A stretch of DNA of 64,000 bases from Podarcis vaucheri (lineage: Eukaryota). Shown here one piece after another: positions 38,764 to 51,495 of this stretch (within the stretch, counting starts at the first letter, position 1; each line of letters opens with the position of its first letter). Below the pieces are notes generated by a model. The model was not told the origin of the DNA. It was given only the letters and a program-made list of their open reading frames with translations, and did not search any database. Position numbers and translations under genes: made by a program. Where the stretch lies: the NCBI GenBank assembly GCA_965113315.1, contig OZ220382.1. The stretch is one strand, 5' to 3'.

Positions 38764-38887
38764 CTTCAGTGCTTGAAGTCTAGCTTGCTCCTCCTCCAAT
38801 GCCTGCTGTTTCTCTCTTTCGTCCATTTTAGTGAAGGACATTCCTGTGTTGGCAAGTGTAGAAACTGCATTGGATAGGGTGCTTGCT
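38764..38887 (-). CDS. PICALML: PICALM-like exon 10
   Basis: 124 nt; ASTLSNAVSTLANTGMSFTKMDEREKQQALEEEQARLQALK. Confidence 0.94.
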
Positions 38888-39126
38888 CTGAAATTTTAAA
38901 GGAAAAGGACCACATATTTAAGATCTTTGAACTCGAAGGAAGCTTCAAGCATCACCTAGATAGTTCATGAGTAAGGGGGAAGCAGGACAGAATTCAGATC
39001 CCTACAACGTTAGTCTTCTCCAAATTAACCTGGCAAAGAATGATAGAAGGGCATAGCATCTGGGATCCTATGTACACTTACCTGGGAAGAAAGCTCACTG
39101 AACTGAGAGGGACTTGAATTCAAGTA

Positions 39127-39368
39127 CAGTGGTACCTCGGGTTATATACGCTTCAGGTTATATATGCTTCAGGTTACAGACTCTGCTAACCCAGAAATAG
39201 TGCTTCAGGTTAAGAACTTTGCTTCGGGATGAGAACAGAAATCGTGCTCCAGCGGTGCAGCAGCAGCAGGAGGCCCCATTAGCTAAAGTGGTGCTTCAGG
39301 TTAGGAACAGTTTCACGTTAAGTACGGACTTCCGGAACAAATTAAATACTTAGCCAGAGGTACCACTG
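39127..39368. mobile_element. Tc1/mariner (Tigger-like) MITE
   Basis: TA|CAGTGGTACCTC...GAGGTACCACTG|TA. Confidence 0.9.
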
Positions 39369-40084
39369 TAAATGAGTGCGAAACATGATATCTCAAAGTA
39401 TCCATGTTTACCATGCTTTTTTATGCACTTAAACTGGATTACAAAATACAACAAATTACAATAAAATAAGCACAACATATTACAGTTGTTACAACAGGCA
39501 GGAAAATTATTAGATAGTCCACTGAGGTCCATGGTCGTTTGGGAACCACTGGTTTAGAGTATACTTCGCGATGAAAAATGATCTGATTTGTCTGGAAATC
39601 CAAAGTAAATCCAAATAAAGATTTTTAGAGTGCTTACAAGAGATAAGAGATCTCAAAGGGAGGGTAATTCCACACGTATGAGGCAGCTACCAAGATGACC
39701 ATATGCATGTAGACAGTACTAAGTCATTTAGGTGGAGAACTGAGGAATTCACCGGGTTCTTTTCAGGGAGTGTGGGGGGAAAAAGAATTATTTTTCCCAT
39801 TTTAGCCCATAATTCCACCCACCCACTCTTAAAGGCAGATGATAGCAGCAGATGCTTTGGGCTAATTATACAATTCAGTAAATCTTCTGTGCAACTTTAA
39901 CAGCCTGCTTTGCATTATTGCTTTGGTGTTATCACCCACTTTTGCCCATACTATTTGAGAAGAAACAATTCTGCTACATTACATTGAAGTCATAAAAAAT
40001 AAGAGATGGGAACATCCTATACTTCAACACTCCAGTATGCCAATAATCAATACTCTGGTTGCAGTCTACCTTCCTATTTATTAC

Positions 40085-40170
40085 CTGCTAGCAGCTGAAA
40101 CCTCCTTTGTCTTCTTCCCTTCCAGTGAAGCCAGATGCTGCTCCAAAGCTTCAAGAAGACTGCTGGGAGC
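40085..40170 (-). CDS. PICALML: PICALM-like exon 9
   Basis: 86 nt; APSSLLEALEQHLASLEGKKTKEVSAAS. Confidence 0.95.
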
Positions 40171-43011
40171 CTAAAGTGAAAATTCTTATCAAATGTATGC
40201 AGGATTGCAAACTACTACTTCTTCTTCTTTACATTTTTCCACTCCAAATACAAAAGAAATCACTTATATGTAAGGTATATTCATAGAGAGGAAAGACAAT
40301 GGCCTCAAAGCCTCCACATCTACTTTCCACCATAATCTCATAACTGAGCGAAATGAACAGTGGCTGCCTTACATCAGGTCAGACAACTTGCCAATAAGAC
40401 CCAGCATTGCTGATTCTGACTGGCAACAGCTTGCCAGAACCAAAGGCAGCAATCTTTTCCATTATCTCCTACATGGTCCTTTTTATTTTGAGCTTCCAGG
40501 GACTAAATCTGGGTCCTTTTGCAGGCAAAACATTGCTCTCTCTTTGAGCAAGGTTGTTTTTTTAAAAAATTTAGGCAGGAGGCTTGTTATAACATTTCTG
40601 TCACCATCTTCCAGATGAGTTGTTTTCAGGAACTATTCCAGAGAACCGTAGGAGCACCCCAGCAATACCAGTTCTTGAAGTGAAATCGGTTAGCCCTGAC
40701 AATTCCACAGTGAAGTTTTCAGTTTATTATGTTGGTATGCTAGAGTCTGAAACGTTCCTTATATTTACTTGTAAAAAAGATTCATCAGCACACAGCTCAT
40801 TAACTTCTACAGTAGACAAAATGATCAGAAACAAGAGCACATGATATGCACAACTGAAGAATGCTGAATTCATTTTAAAACGGCTCAGCTCCATAAACTA
40901 CCTGAGTGTCATTTTGTTTTACTAGATGCTCACACACAGGTAAATGGAGTGGATTGCATTTCTCCAAAACATGGCACATATAGTATTTACAGAAAAAATT
41001 GGCTGTTCTGCAAGGGCTCAAACTAAGCCTCCCAAAGTAAAAGAAAACAACTATTATGCCAAGGTAATAGTTCTAAAGAGCTAACTTGCAAAAGTTGTTC
41101 CAAAGGCATTAGACACTGTATTAATGAAGATTCCTGTATTGTGCATCACTGTAGCTTTGATTCACAAGGGGTGGCATATGAACTGCTTGAAAGAGAGTAG
41201 GTAAATCAATTCAACATCTCCTGGATGCATACTAAGGCTGGATGCACACTAAGGTAGTTGCACTTCATTCCCACTGAAATAAACCACTGAAGCTTACCCA
41301 AAGACTGGGGTGATCTGCATTGATTTCACGGTGTCTGCTCCTAACATTGGATATCACCTATTGTTTTTCTTTGCCTATGTTTGCATTAAAAACAAAAAAC
41401 AAAAACCTCCCCACGCTTCTATAGCTTGCATTATTCAGCAGGGCTCCACACAAACATAATAGTCCTAGTTTTGCTCCCAGTTTGTCAGATTAAGATTCAA
41501 CATGTACAGAAGTCTGAAGCCATTCAGTGGGGTATTAATGGTGTGACCCCCAAAAATGTGGGGGGACACACACAACATTTTAAAGAAGGGACCCACTTCA
41601 GGGGCATGCAGTCAAAAGGAGTACCTTGCCTTTACTAGGCACCCAAGTCATCAGAACAGTCAAGAAGCCAGAAGGGCTGACAAAGCAATTGACACATTGT
41701 GGGGGCTGTCTCATTGGATTGGTAAGACAGAAACAGACAGGAGTTAAGCAACTGTAGAGGCAATAATAAAAAAAAGGGGACAGAGGGATGACATGCGCAA
41801 GTAGGTACAAAAGGCAATGCCTATTTGGGACAAGAAAAGAAACAGAAGAGCATGGCATGGTGCCAGCAAATGGAAAGATCCACGAAGATTAAGAGGGATC
41901 TAGGGAACCATTTGATGCAATGTTGTAACATCAGCAGCATGTGAACTACTGTATCAGATTCTGAGCTAGCTAGCAAGAATTTTTCACTTTGTAGAGCTGT
42001 CCTACAGGAATTAATTCTGTACACCCCCCAGTGTGTGAACACGTGGGGCTATTTTACATTGAATCAGACTGTTGTTTTGTTTAGCCCAGTGTTTAGCTCT
42101 CTAAACTCTTTAAGTTAAATTCTTGCCTAGCTTTGCTAACTGTATCCTATAACTAGAGATCCTGGAGATTGAATATTGGGCCATTTTCAGATAAAGTTTG
42201 CTCTGCCACTGAGCTATAGGCCTCATCAAGTCTTTGTAGCTGTGGCTGCAACTTCTGAATAATATGCCTGGTGTATGAGCACCAGCAAACCTCATAGAAG
42301 AAACTATATAGTTTCCATAACCAGGAGTTTATACCTATGTCAGCACCCAAAGGACAACTTTAGAGGCCTCCATTTTCTACTTTTTATTTGAACAGTCAAC
42401 TCCCTCCCTGGCTTTCAATTACATTTTTTAAAAAAATCTCTGAAACACACAGGAACATTGGAAGCTGCTTTATACCAAGTCAGACTATTTGCCCAATAAT
42501 GTCTACTCTGATGAGCACAGGCTCTCCAGGTTCCCAGGCAGAGAGATTTTACTGATTTATTTTTTTAAAGGATGTTGAGCCAAGCATATGCTCTTCCATT
42601 GTGCTATGGTCCCCTCCTGAGCAAGGGGAGGGGAAAGCTGTTCAGCAAGTGAAGTAGTTGTACTGCCCCGCTTGCTCAGTTTGTGTAAATTGCTGATTAA
42701 AACAAAGCACCAGGTTTAGGTATCCAACCCCATGTGTTTTAAGGGTGGTGGTGTTGGTTTTAAATAAACACCAAAAATTTCTAGTAATAATATTCTCCAA
42801 AACAGCACAGGAAAAACAAAAGCATTAATTGTTACTGAGCACATTACCTATATGAAGCAAAAAAGGTTACAGGAAAAATGGCATGTATTTCCATATATAG
42901 TATATATGGAAGAAAATGATTTCTCAGAATGTATAGAATGGAACACTAACTATTAAAATCACAAAAGGACACAGGACTTGGGGGTTAAATTAATATGAAA
43001 TGTACACTGAC

Positions 43012-43053
43012 CTGAGTAAGATCTGGAATGTCACCCTGATCAATTCCAACTTG
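43012..43053 (-). CDS. PICALML: PICALM-like exon 8
   Basis: 42 nt; QVGIDQGDIPDLTQ. Confidence 0.94.
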
Positions 43054-43547
43054 CTGGGTTCACAAAAAAGGAAAAAAATGTACATTACTACATGCAGTGG
43101 CAATGAAAAGAAAGAACTGTGGATCTGAATGTCTACATAAAAGCTAAGGGAACAGGGAGGACATGGAGAGCTTTCTGAACTGGTACAACTCTAAATGCAA
43201 CTTCTAAGCTAAATTTCATATGGAGATCCTGAAAGGTATTTCTTAAGATTTTATATATTTCAGTTACCAGAAATAGTAATAAATAGCTTGTCAGAACTTT
43301 GGAGGAAAAAAATATTCAATAGATAAGTTTTTAAAAAACCACAACCTTTGTTCAACAGGCATTTCTTAGTTGATAAAAATGAATAGAAACAGAGCTTTCA
43401 AAATATACCCTTAAATGTACATAGTTTAAGTGATGTTTACATTCAGCAACATACATAACTTGCATGAAATTGTGATCATAAGCACTTATTACTGTACCAG
43501 TCCAGAGAGCTAAATGAAATACTACTAATGCTACTGGATTTATTTAC

Positions 43548-43654
43548 CTCTGCCACTTTGAGGAATTCTGACAATTTGGTCATTCTGGCTAAGAATTTTT
43601 TGTAAATATCCAGACCTTCTTTGCACTGGTTCTTCTTCATATCAAAATACTTTT
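43548..43654 (-). CDS. PICALML: PICALM-like exon 7
   Basis: 107 nt; [35 protein letters not shown]. Confidence 0.96.
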
Positions 43655-45025
43655 CTGAAGCATGAAATTCAAAGAAAAAATTGTGTGTAAATAAAAGAAC
43701 AGTAACATAATATTATTATTATTAATAATAAAGTGGTATGTTAAACTTAAAAAGGCTAGGTTTGATGCTTTACTATTTGAAGATTTCACTAACTGATTTC
43801 AACTTTATTTAACAGCAGTTTTAGCCAAGACCATAAAATGAATCCACCAATAACAGTTAAGTTTATTCAACAAGTGCCCTTCACAGGAACTTCACTGACA
43901 GAAGCAGGGATTGCAAAGCCTGAAGAAGAACTGAAGGTCAGCTGAAAAGATATATCTGCAGCTGAGGATGAATACACTGATCAAAATCTATTGCTATTGC
44001 TAGTGTGAGTCTCAGAAGGGGCCTACAATCTTCTGGTTTACTGCACACACATTAAATTTGTTTGAGTTTAGAATACTGTAGGAACTTAATTAGTAAGCCA
44101 ATCATATTCAAACACTGACAAACAAGCTTCCATATCTTCCAAACAATCAGAACATCAATCAAAGCCTTAACTACACTGAAAATAATAATATATATATATA
44201 AAGCACTTTCTGAGCATAAGCATGCACTCTTGCTGTCATCACACCCAAGAACTTTTACATATTACCATGGCCATCACTGGAGCATAAAATGAGAGCACAC
44301 ACACACAAAAGCTTTAAGTGTTTTTGCCAAGTTACTCCAGCCACCACTACCCTTTAAAATCAGATAAACACAACAAAAGAAAAGACAATAGAAACCAGCT
44401 ATTGAATTCTGCAGGGTGAAATGAGTCTTCCCTAGACATTGGCTTAGCACTGAAGTGTTAAGCTATGTCTATGAACACTTCAGCTGCCTAGTAGTTTAAA
44501 TATAAAATAAATTTCTGGCACACTAGAATTATGTGTACTGTTATGAGAAGGAGTGCAACAGAAGAGATAATAGGCAGGACTATTAAGGTGTTGGCCATCC
44601 GTTAGCTATGTGCACATGTTTAAGAGAAACTATTTGAACATGGTGTAAGTATAAAAGTAGTGAATGGGCTGGCTTGCATGTCTTGGTAAGCCAAAGCAAG
44701 AAATTAACCGTGGATTGTTGCAAATGAGCAACATTGCTCAACTGCTCCCACTTCACTCTGCCCTGCCTGGAGCCAGGAGAAACAAACGAGGAGACTTGGC
44801 TTACTATGATGTGTGAATCAGCAAAATTTAGGATTATTATGTGCAAGTTCAATGAAGGGGGAAGGAAAGAGGGAGAGAAGGGAGAGAGAAACACATGGAA
44901 AAGAACACAAGGGAGTGAAGGGAGAAATGAACATGGAAGATATTACAAACAAAACCACATCTGCATATTTATACAGGTCTCCACTGGTAAATGTTTAAAC
45001 AATTGTTGTGTTTTGTTTCACATAC

Positions 45026-45137
45026 CTAACAAGTTAATGATCCCCTCATTATAGGCTGCAAAAAGTCTAATGGAATCTTTAAAGAGGAGCATGAAAGCAG
45101 CATTTATTACACCATTCGTTAGTTCATTTGGGTTTGC
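45026..45137 (-). CDS. PICALML: PICALM-like exon 6
   Basis: 112 nt; [37 protein letters not shown]. Confidence 0.96.
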
Positions 45138-45259
45138 CTGCGTAAAAAGCAAAAAGATTTTTTTAGTCAAATCACTAGAAAGTGAAATCACAACACATTT
45201 TTCACCCTCCATAAAGCTTATCATGGATTGTAGTAATAAATAACAGCTACAGTGCTTAC

Positions 45260-45353
45260 ATCAAAATCGAGAAGTGCATCTAGTTGATTCTGAATAATTG
45301 GGAGTGTTTTCAGAAGTTTTTCAGTATTCATTGTTCTCATCACACCATCAATC
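45260..45353 (-). CDS. PICALML: PICALM-like exon 5
   Basis: 94 nt; [31 protein letters not shown]. Confidence 0.96.
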
Positions 45354-45819
45354 CTTCAAAATAAAATAGAAAATAAACCAAACAAATACAATCATTGAAC
45401 ACACTATTATGGTATCCGATGTCAGCACTACAGATTATATCAAACAAAGAGGACTCTACTGCTGCCCATTGAAATCAGTGGGACTTTTGAATAACATATA
45501 TAGAATAGTATTTTCCAAAGTTCTGCATCAAATTATTCCATATAAAATACTTTAAAGAATATTCTGATCTCCCAAAAGGTTCAAACTTATACCTAAAAGT
45601 TTATGCAAGCTGTTGCAACAGTGCCACTGAACATTTTATGTACTGTCAGATTCAATGCTCCAAAAGTTGCATTTTTCTATCACTGCATACTTCAAATTTC
45701 ACATCAGAACATGTTTTTTTGCACAAATTTCCAAACTCTGTTTTGACAATTTTGCTTTCTCAAACACTTTGATGCCCATCCAGTCACTAGAAGAGCATAA
45801 AAATAAATGGAATTCTTAC

Positions 45820-45922
45820 CCTCTTTTCATTTTGGTGAAATCAACTGCTACAAGTCTGTAAGAAAGTGCTTTTTCATTCAAGTATCTGCTGTATCGTCTG
45901 ATGAAAGTAGACATATCATAGC
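45820..45922 (-). CDS. PICALML: PICALM-like exon 4
   Basis: 103 nt; [33 protein letters not shown]. Confidence 0.96.
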
Positions 45923-47814
45923 CTGGAAATGAAATGCTATTCAATTAGACTTTTCATTCTTCTAGTATTCTTATCACTTTTTACTCAGTGTGAATTATGC
46001 TCCAAAAGTTCCTTGGGAACCTTCTTCACACCTTTGCCATTATTAAACACATTTGAAACTAGTAGTATAGTGATCATGCTTCAAGCACTGATAAGTTGGT
46101 ATAGTTTCTCTGAATGTTGCCTCATGAAATTAATAAAAACCAACACTTTTTGAACCAGTGAGACTCTCTAACAGTCTTAATTGAAAAATAAGTTTATGTG
46201 TGGTTAACACATGTTTATGTGGTTCACACAAGATTTTATAAAAGTTTTGTATTGCACCAATAAACTAATATTTTAACAATCTGCACCATCAGAAAGCCAT
46301 TTTACCAGGGTTGATAAAAATGATTTTTAAATTTAGATTCTTTATTTCTGAGGTACACTATAATTGAAACAATAACAACAACAAACTGGTTTAAAAGGAA
46401 ATCTAAATTATATACATGTTAAAGTCTACACTTATCTCTTCAAAATAGAATGAATATCTATCAAATAGAAACATAATTCATGTAAGAGAACCGGGGGGAA
46501 TGTTATCTAGCATCTGGGGGTAACCATTATTTTCCTTTGGCTCTCTCTTCCAGAGACACATAAATCACATACTGCCCTGATTCAGTTTAGAAGCTTCAAA
46601 ATTCATGGGTATGGTGCCAGAAGTGGGTGCCAGGGTCAAGATGCAAAGGATCTGCTGGGCTTGCATCAAGTCCCATTACATTCAAACTAGGGAATTCTGG
46701 CCACATGTTGGTTTGAAAACCAAGTTGAGATCATAAGCCATAGTTTATGAAGCCTCAACTGTCTAGACCAGGTTGCTATATCCCAGTGGGTATTCTGCCA
46801 CTGGGACAAACAAGTCATCAGAGCCGCCATGATCCGGGAGTGGACAATTCTATGTATCATAAGGATTACAGAATCCCCCATAAGTAACCTCGGAGTGAAA
46901 CAACAAACAACACAAGTTCTGCAGTGTGTATTTCTCAGGTTTTGAATATTTAGAACTCTACTAAGCAACCAAAAAGATTGTAGATTTACATTTAATGGAG
47001 AAAGAACAGTGATATCTGCATGCAACACTAAACCATGACTATTTCAGCTATGACCATCCATGTGTGCTTGGTTTTCATGTCCCAAAAGCCCCAAGCAATA
47101 TGACCAATAATCAGGGGTAATTGGATGTGCAATCCAACAACACCTGGAGAGCTACAGGTGTTTAACTAATTGTGGTCTGTTTGAATATTCAAACCCATCC
47201 TGAGAACTAATGATGTTTTGCTTGTTTCTGACAAACTAGGGTTTGAATGCCAATGTGTGCTAACTGTAGTTTCTTGTTGTTTCAAAACCTGGCATCCTGA
47301 CTAACTCCCAGTTTGTTTTAGTGTTGAATTCTGGCCACTTACTTGGCAACAGAGGTGCAAGGCAAGAGTGGCTGTAAAAAGAAACTGCTCCCAAGATTAA
47401 GCAACTCTCAGCTGCCACTTTCCGACTCTTACCCTCTATCCAAACACTTTGCATAGCAGGAGGTTTCCTCCCTGTCCTATTCCTTCCCAACAAGTTCCCC
47501 CTTTCATGCCTGCCTATTTTGCTTTGAAGTAATTTCAATTTCACATCCTTCTCCTTGAGCATGTGTTAAAAACACAGCTTAGAATTGGCAGCTAACACAC
47601 ATCAATGGTGAATGTCTCCTTCTGCCTCCTTCCTTCCATAAAGGTTTGGAAATTCATGGAGACAAGAGTGAAAGGTGCTTGAGGATAAATTCCCTAGAGC
47701 AGTTCATTGGGCCATGGGATAAGTATTCACATGCCCCTTCTCTCATAAGGCACATTTCCTGGAGCTTAATAAAATATTAATAAAGGAGAGGGCTTGCAGG
47801 GTTAAGAAAAGATC

Positions 47815-50527
47815 TCAGATCAAAGTAAAAGAATTTTGAATGAGAAAATAACAGGACAAGAAATAGAGGACGCCATTCAGAAGATGAAACTGGGAAAATC
47901 TCCAGGCCCAGATGGCTTGACTGCTAGATACTACAAGGCACTGAAGGATTGGTTAATACAACCACTGAAGGAAGTTTGTAATGAAATTTTGGAAGGGAAA
48001 AAGGCACCCGAATCGTGGAAAGAAGCTTTTATTTCACTTATACCGAAAGCAGAGGTTGAAAAGAACCAGGTCAAAAACTACCGCCCTATATCATTACTCA
48101 ATGTGGATTACAAAATCTTTGCAGACATTTTAGCAAAAAGATTGAAGAGAGTATTGGTGCAGGAGATTCATAAGGACCAAACAGGCTTTCTCCCAGGGAG
48201 ACATATGTCAGACAATGTAAGGAACATTATAGACATTTTAGAGTTGTTGGAAGTTAACATTAATAGAAAGGCAGTGATAATTTTTGTGGATGCGGAGAAA
48301 GCCTTTGATAACATTGGTTGGACCTTTATGAAGAAGAATCTCCAAGGGATGGGGGTAGGCCAAAGATTTGAAAACGGTATAGGTGCTATATATTCTAAGC
48401 AAAAAGCAAAGCTGATTGTTAACAATGTGGTAACGGAAGAGATTCCTATAGAAAAAGGTACACGACAGGGATGCCCAATATCACCCTTACTTTTTATAAC
48501 AGTCCTGGAGGTTTTGCTGAACATGATTAGAGGGGACCAATTGGTTAAAGGCGTTCAGCTCGGAGCAAAAGACTACAAATTAAGGGCGTTTGCAGATGAT
48601 TTGGTACTGACGTTGCAACAGCCAGAGACTAGTACTAAAAGGGTCTTAGAACTAATTGAGAATTTTGGTCAAGTAGCAGGATTTAAACTGAATATGCAAA
48701 AAACTAAAGTGTTAGAGAAAAATCTAACAATGGCAGAAAAAGACAAGTTTCAGAAGGAAACAGGTTTAACAATAACAAAAAAGGTGAAATATCTGGGTGT
48801 GAACTTGACTTCTAAAAATGTAAACCTATTTAAAGACAATTATGTTAAATGTTGGACAGAGGTGAAGAAAGATCTAGAAATATGGTCAAGATTGAAACTC
48901 TCCTTGTTAGGCCGAATTGCTGTCATTAAGATGAATGTATTGCCTAGGATGTTGTTTTTATTCCAGACACTCCAGATCTTAGATAAGATGGACTGTTTCA
49001 AGAGGTGGCAAAAAGACATATCAAAATTTGTCTGGCAGGGTAAAAAGCCCAGAATAAACTTTAAGATTTTAACTGATGCAAAAGATAGAGGGGGTTTTGC
49101 CCTGCCGGACTTGAGACTTTATTATGAATCGGCAGCTTTTTGCTGGCTGAAACAATGGCTACTTCTTGAGAATACAGACATTTTGGATCTGGAAGGGTAT
49201 GATAATAGATTTGGCTGGCATGCATACATATGGTATGACAAGGTAAAATTGCATAAAGGCTTTAAAAACCATATTGTGAGGAAAGCACTGTACAATGTTT
49301 GGATAAGATACAAAGATTTGCTGGAAAGTAAAACCCCTAGGTGGTTATCACCAATGGAGGCTAAAGAGGTAAAAAAACTAAATATGGAGTCCAACTGGCC
49401 AAAATATTCTGAAATTTTAGAACAAGATGGTGAAAGAGTTAAATTGCAGAGTTTTGACAAATTAAAGTCTAAGGTGCGAAATTGGTTGCATTACCGTCAG
49501 ATAAATGAGGTATTTAAACAGGACAGGAAAATAGGTTTCCAGAGGGAGAGGTCGAAATTAGAAACAGAACTGTTAGAACCCAATACTAAGAACCTGTCGA
49601 GAATGTACAATTTGCTGCTGAAGTGGAATACACAAGATCAAGTAGTAAAACCAGCCATGATTAAATGGGCACAAGACATAGGTCATGACATAATGATTGA
49701 TGACTGGGAACAGTTATGGAATACAGGTATTAAGTTTACAGCTTGTAATGTATTAAGAGAGAATATAATGAAAATGATCTATAGGTGGTACATGACCCCA
49801 GTCAAACTTGCAAAAATTTACCATCTGCCCAGTAATAAATGTTGGAAATGTAATGAGACGGAAGGTACCTTCTATCACCTTTGGTGGACCTGCCCGAAGG
49901 TAAAGGCCTACTGGGAAATGATCTATAATGAAATAAAAAAGGTCCTTAAATGGACATTTTTGAAAAAGCCAGAGGCCTTTCTTCTGGGTATGGTAGGCCA
50001 ATTGGTGCCAAGGAAGGACAAAACATTTTTTATGTATGCTACCACAGCGGCAAGAATTCTTCTGGCAAAGTATTGGAAGATGCAGCAGCTACCTACTCTG
50101 GAAGAATGGCAAGCGAAGGTGATCGAATATATGGGAATGGCAGAAATGACCGGCAGAGTCCGCGACCAGGGGAGAGAGACGGGGAAGAAGACTGGAAGAA
50201 ATTTAAAAAATATCTTAAAGACTGTTGTAAAATTGATGATGCTTGAGATGTTACGGTTATAAGAAATAGAGAACTGCAGCTGTAAACTATAATCTTAAAG
50301 AATGTACAAAGAAAATGAGCGAATTAACTGAACGAAGGGTTGCTGAGAAGGGGTTAATATAAGGATGCAGAAAAAGGGAGGTATGGGGAAGTCCGGGAAA
50401 GAAGGTTTTGAAAATAAGTTTAAGAAATTATACATGTTTATTTGTTTGTATGTCTTGTAGGGTTTGTTTTGTTATTTGTTTTATTATATGTTTGGAAAAT
50501 TAATAAAAATTATTATAAAAAAGAAAA
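47815..50527 (+). mobile_element. 5'-truncated young L1-clade LINE in PICALM-like intron 3 (antisense)
   Basis: RT ORF, 3'UTR, AATAAA near 50501 and A tail; TSD AAGAAAAGATC (47804-47814, 50528-50538) at a TT|AAGA site. Confidence 0.93.
47836..50262 (+). CDS. L1 ORF2 fragment: reverse transcriptase and C-terminal zinc knuckle (no endonuclease)
   Basis: GKSPGPDG, NYRPISLLNVDYKI, VDAEKAFD, GTRQGCPISPLLF, AFADDL, KYLGV, CWKC...HLWWTC; likely frameshift near 50180. Confidence 0.9.
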   Translation: MNEKITGQEIEDAIQKMKLGKSPGPDGLTARYYKALKDWLIQPLKEVCNEILEGKKAPESWKEAFISLIPKAEVEKNQVKNYRPISLLNVDYKIFADILAKRLKRVLVQEIHKDQTGFLPGRHMSDNVRNIIDILELLEVNINRKAVIIFVDAEKAFDNIGWTFMKKNLQGMGVGQRFENGIGAIYSKQKAKLIVNNVVTEEIPIEKGTRQGCPISPLLFITVLEVLLNMIRGDQLVKGVQLGAKDYKLRAFADDLVLTLQQPETSTKRVLELIENFGQVAGFKLNMQKTKVLEKNLTMAEKDKFQKETGLTITKKVKYLGVNLTSKNVNLFKDNYVKCWTEVKKDLEIWSRLKLSLLGRIAVIKMNVLPRMLFLFQTLQILDKMDCFKRWQKDISKFVWQGKKPRINFKILTDAKDRGGFALPDLRLYYESAAFCWLKQWLLLENTDILDLEGYDNRFGWHAYIWYDKVKLHKGFKNHIVRKALYNVWIRYKDLLESKTPRWLSPMEAKEVKKLNMESNWPKYSEILEQDGERVKLQSFDKLKSKVRNWLHYRQINEVFKQDRKIGFQRERSKLETELLEPNTKNLSRMYNLLLKWNTQDQVVKPAMIKWAQDIGHDIMIDDWEQLWNTGIKFTACNVLRENIMKMIYRWYMTPVKLAKIYHLPSNKCWKCNETEGTFYHLWWTCPKVKAYWEMIYNEIKKVLKWTFLKKPEAFLLGMVGQLVPRKDKTFFMYATTAARILLAKYWKMQQLPTLEEWQAKVIEYMGMAEMTGRVRDQGRETGKKTGRNLKNILKTVVKLMMLEMLRL

Positions 50528-51419
50528 AAGAAAAGATCAAATCCAGGCAAGCACTGAATGCATTGTGGAAGGGAGGTAAACTTCATGGTGCGCTGAGAGC
50601 AATCAAAGAACTCAGAGGAGAGTTCCTCTGTCCTGCTGCTGATGTTGGTTAGTGATATAGTGAGGCTGTAACACTTTATAGCACCATAGAGTCATGTGGG
50701 ATATCAAGCTGTGTTGGCTGCAATACAAATCCTGGCTATTGCAACAAACCATGGTTTAGTGGTACATGCAAACAAGGCCAATATTTTACCCAGTAAGTAT
50801 CAACCCTTGCTTTCTGGAAAATCCTGGATGCTTACAAAACTGATCCTATCCATGTTTACTTGGAAGTAAGTCCAACTTTCCTCTAACAAGACTTACAGAT
50901 AAATAAATATACTTGGATAATATCCTCAGCCTTCAGATAAGTTATCTTACTTAGGAACCATGAAGATGTACAGAGAGCCAGTCAGAAATATGCATCTTAT
51001 CCCTAAGCAGATATAATTCTGAGGTGAATGTCAGGTTCATGATGAAATTTTATGCAATTATAGCTAGTATAAATGCTCATATTAATTTGATTTATTTGTT
51101 TCCCAATACAAAACATATCAGAAATATTCTAAGGCCACACTCCTAGATACTTACTTTGTTGTGAAGTTTACTAAAGTCAGTGGGACTTCCATACTTACAA
51201 ATCCTGGACTGGACTACTGGTCTACTAGAGCCAATGAGTGAAACTGCAGAATACACCTGGATGCAAACTTCAATAAATAAAAGAGCATGCCTCTCCAATA
51301 CAATTTGGATACATTAATGGGTTTATTTAAGATGACTGAATTTCTAACATTCCTTTAGCCCATAGAAGTTATTCTGCAAATTGCAATCTGCCTCAGAATA
51401 GAAAGTAAAAAATTCTTAC

Positions 51420-51495
51420 CCTGCATGGCACTTTTATCCAGATAGTTGTTGAGATTAAACAGGGTATTTCGAGATGCCAAGTATTGGATAAAACG
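51420..51495 (-). CDS. PICALML: PICALM-like exon 3
   Basis: 76 nt; RFIQYLASRNTLFNLNNYLDKSAMQ. Confidence 0.96.
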
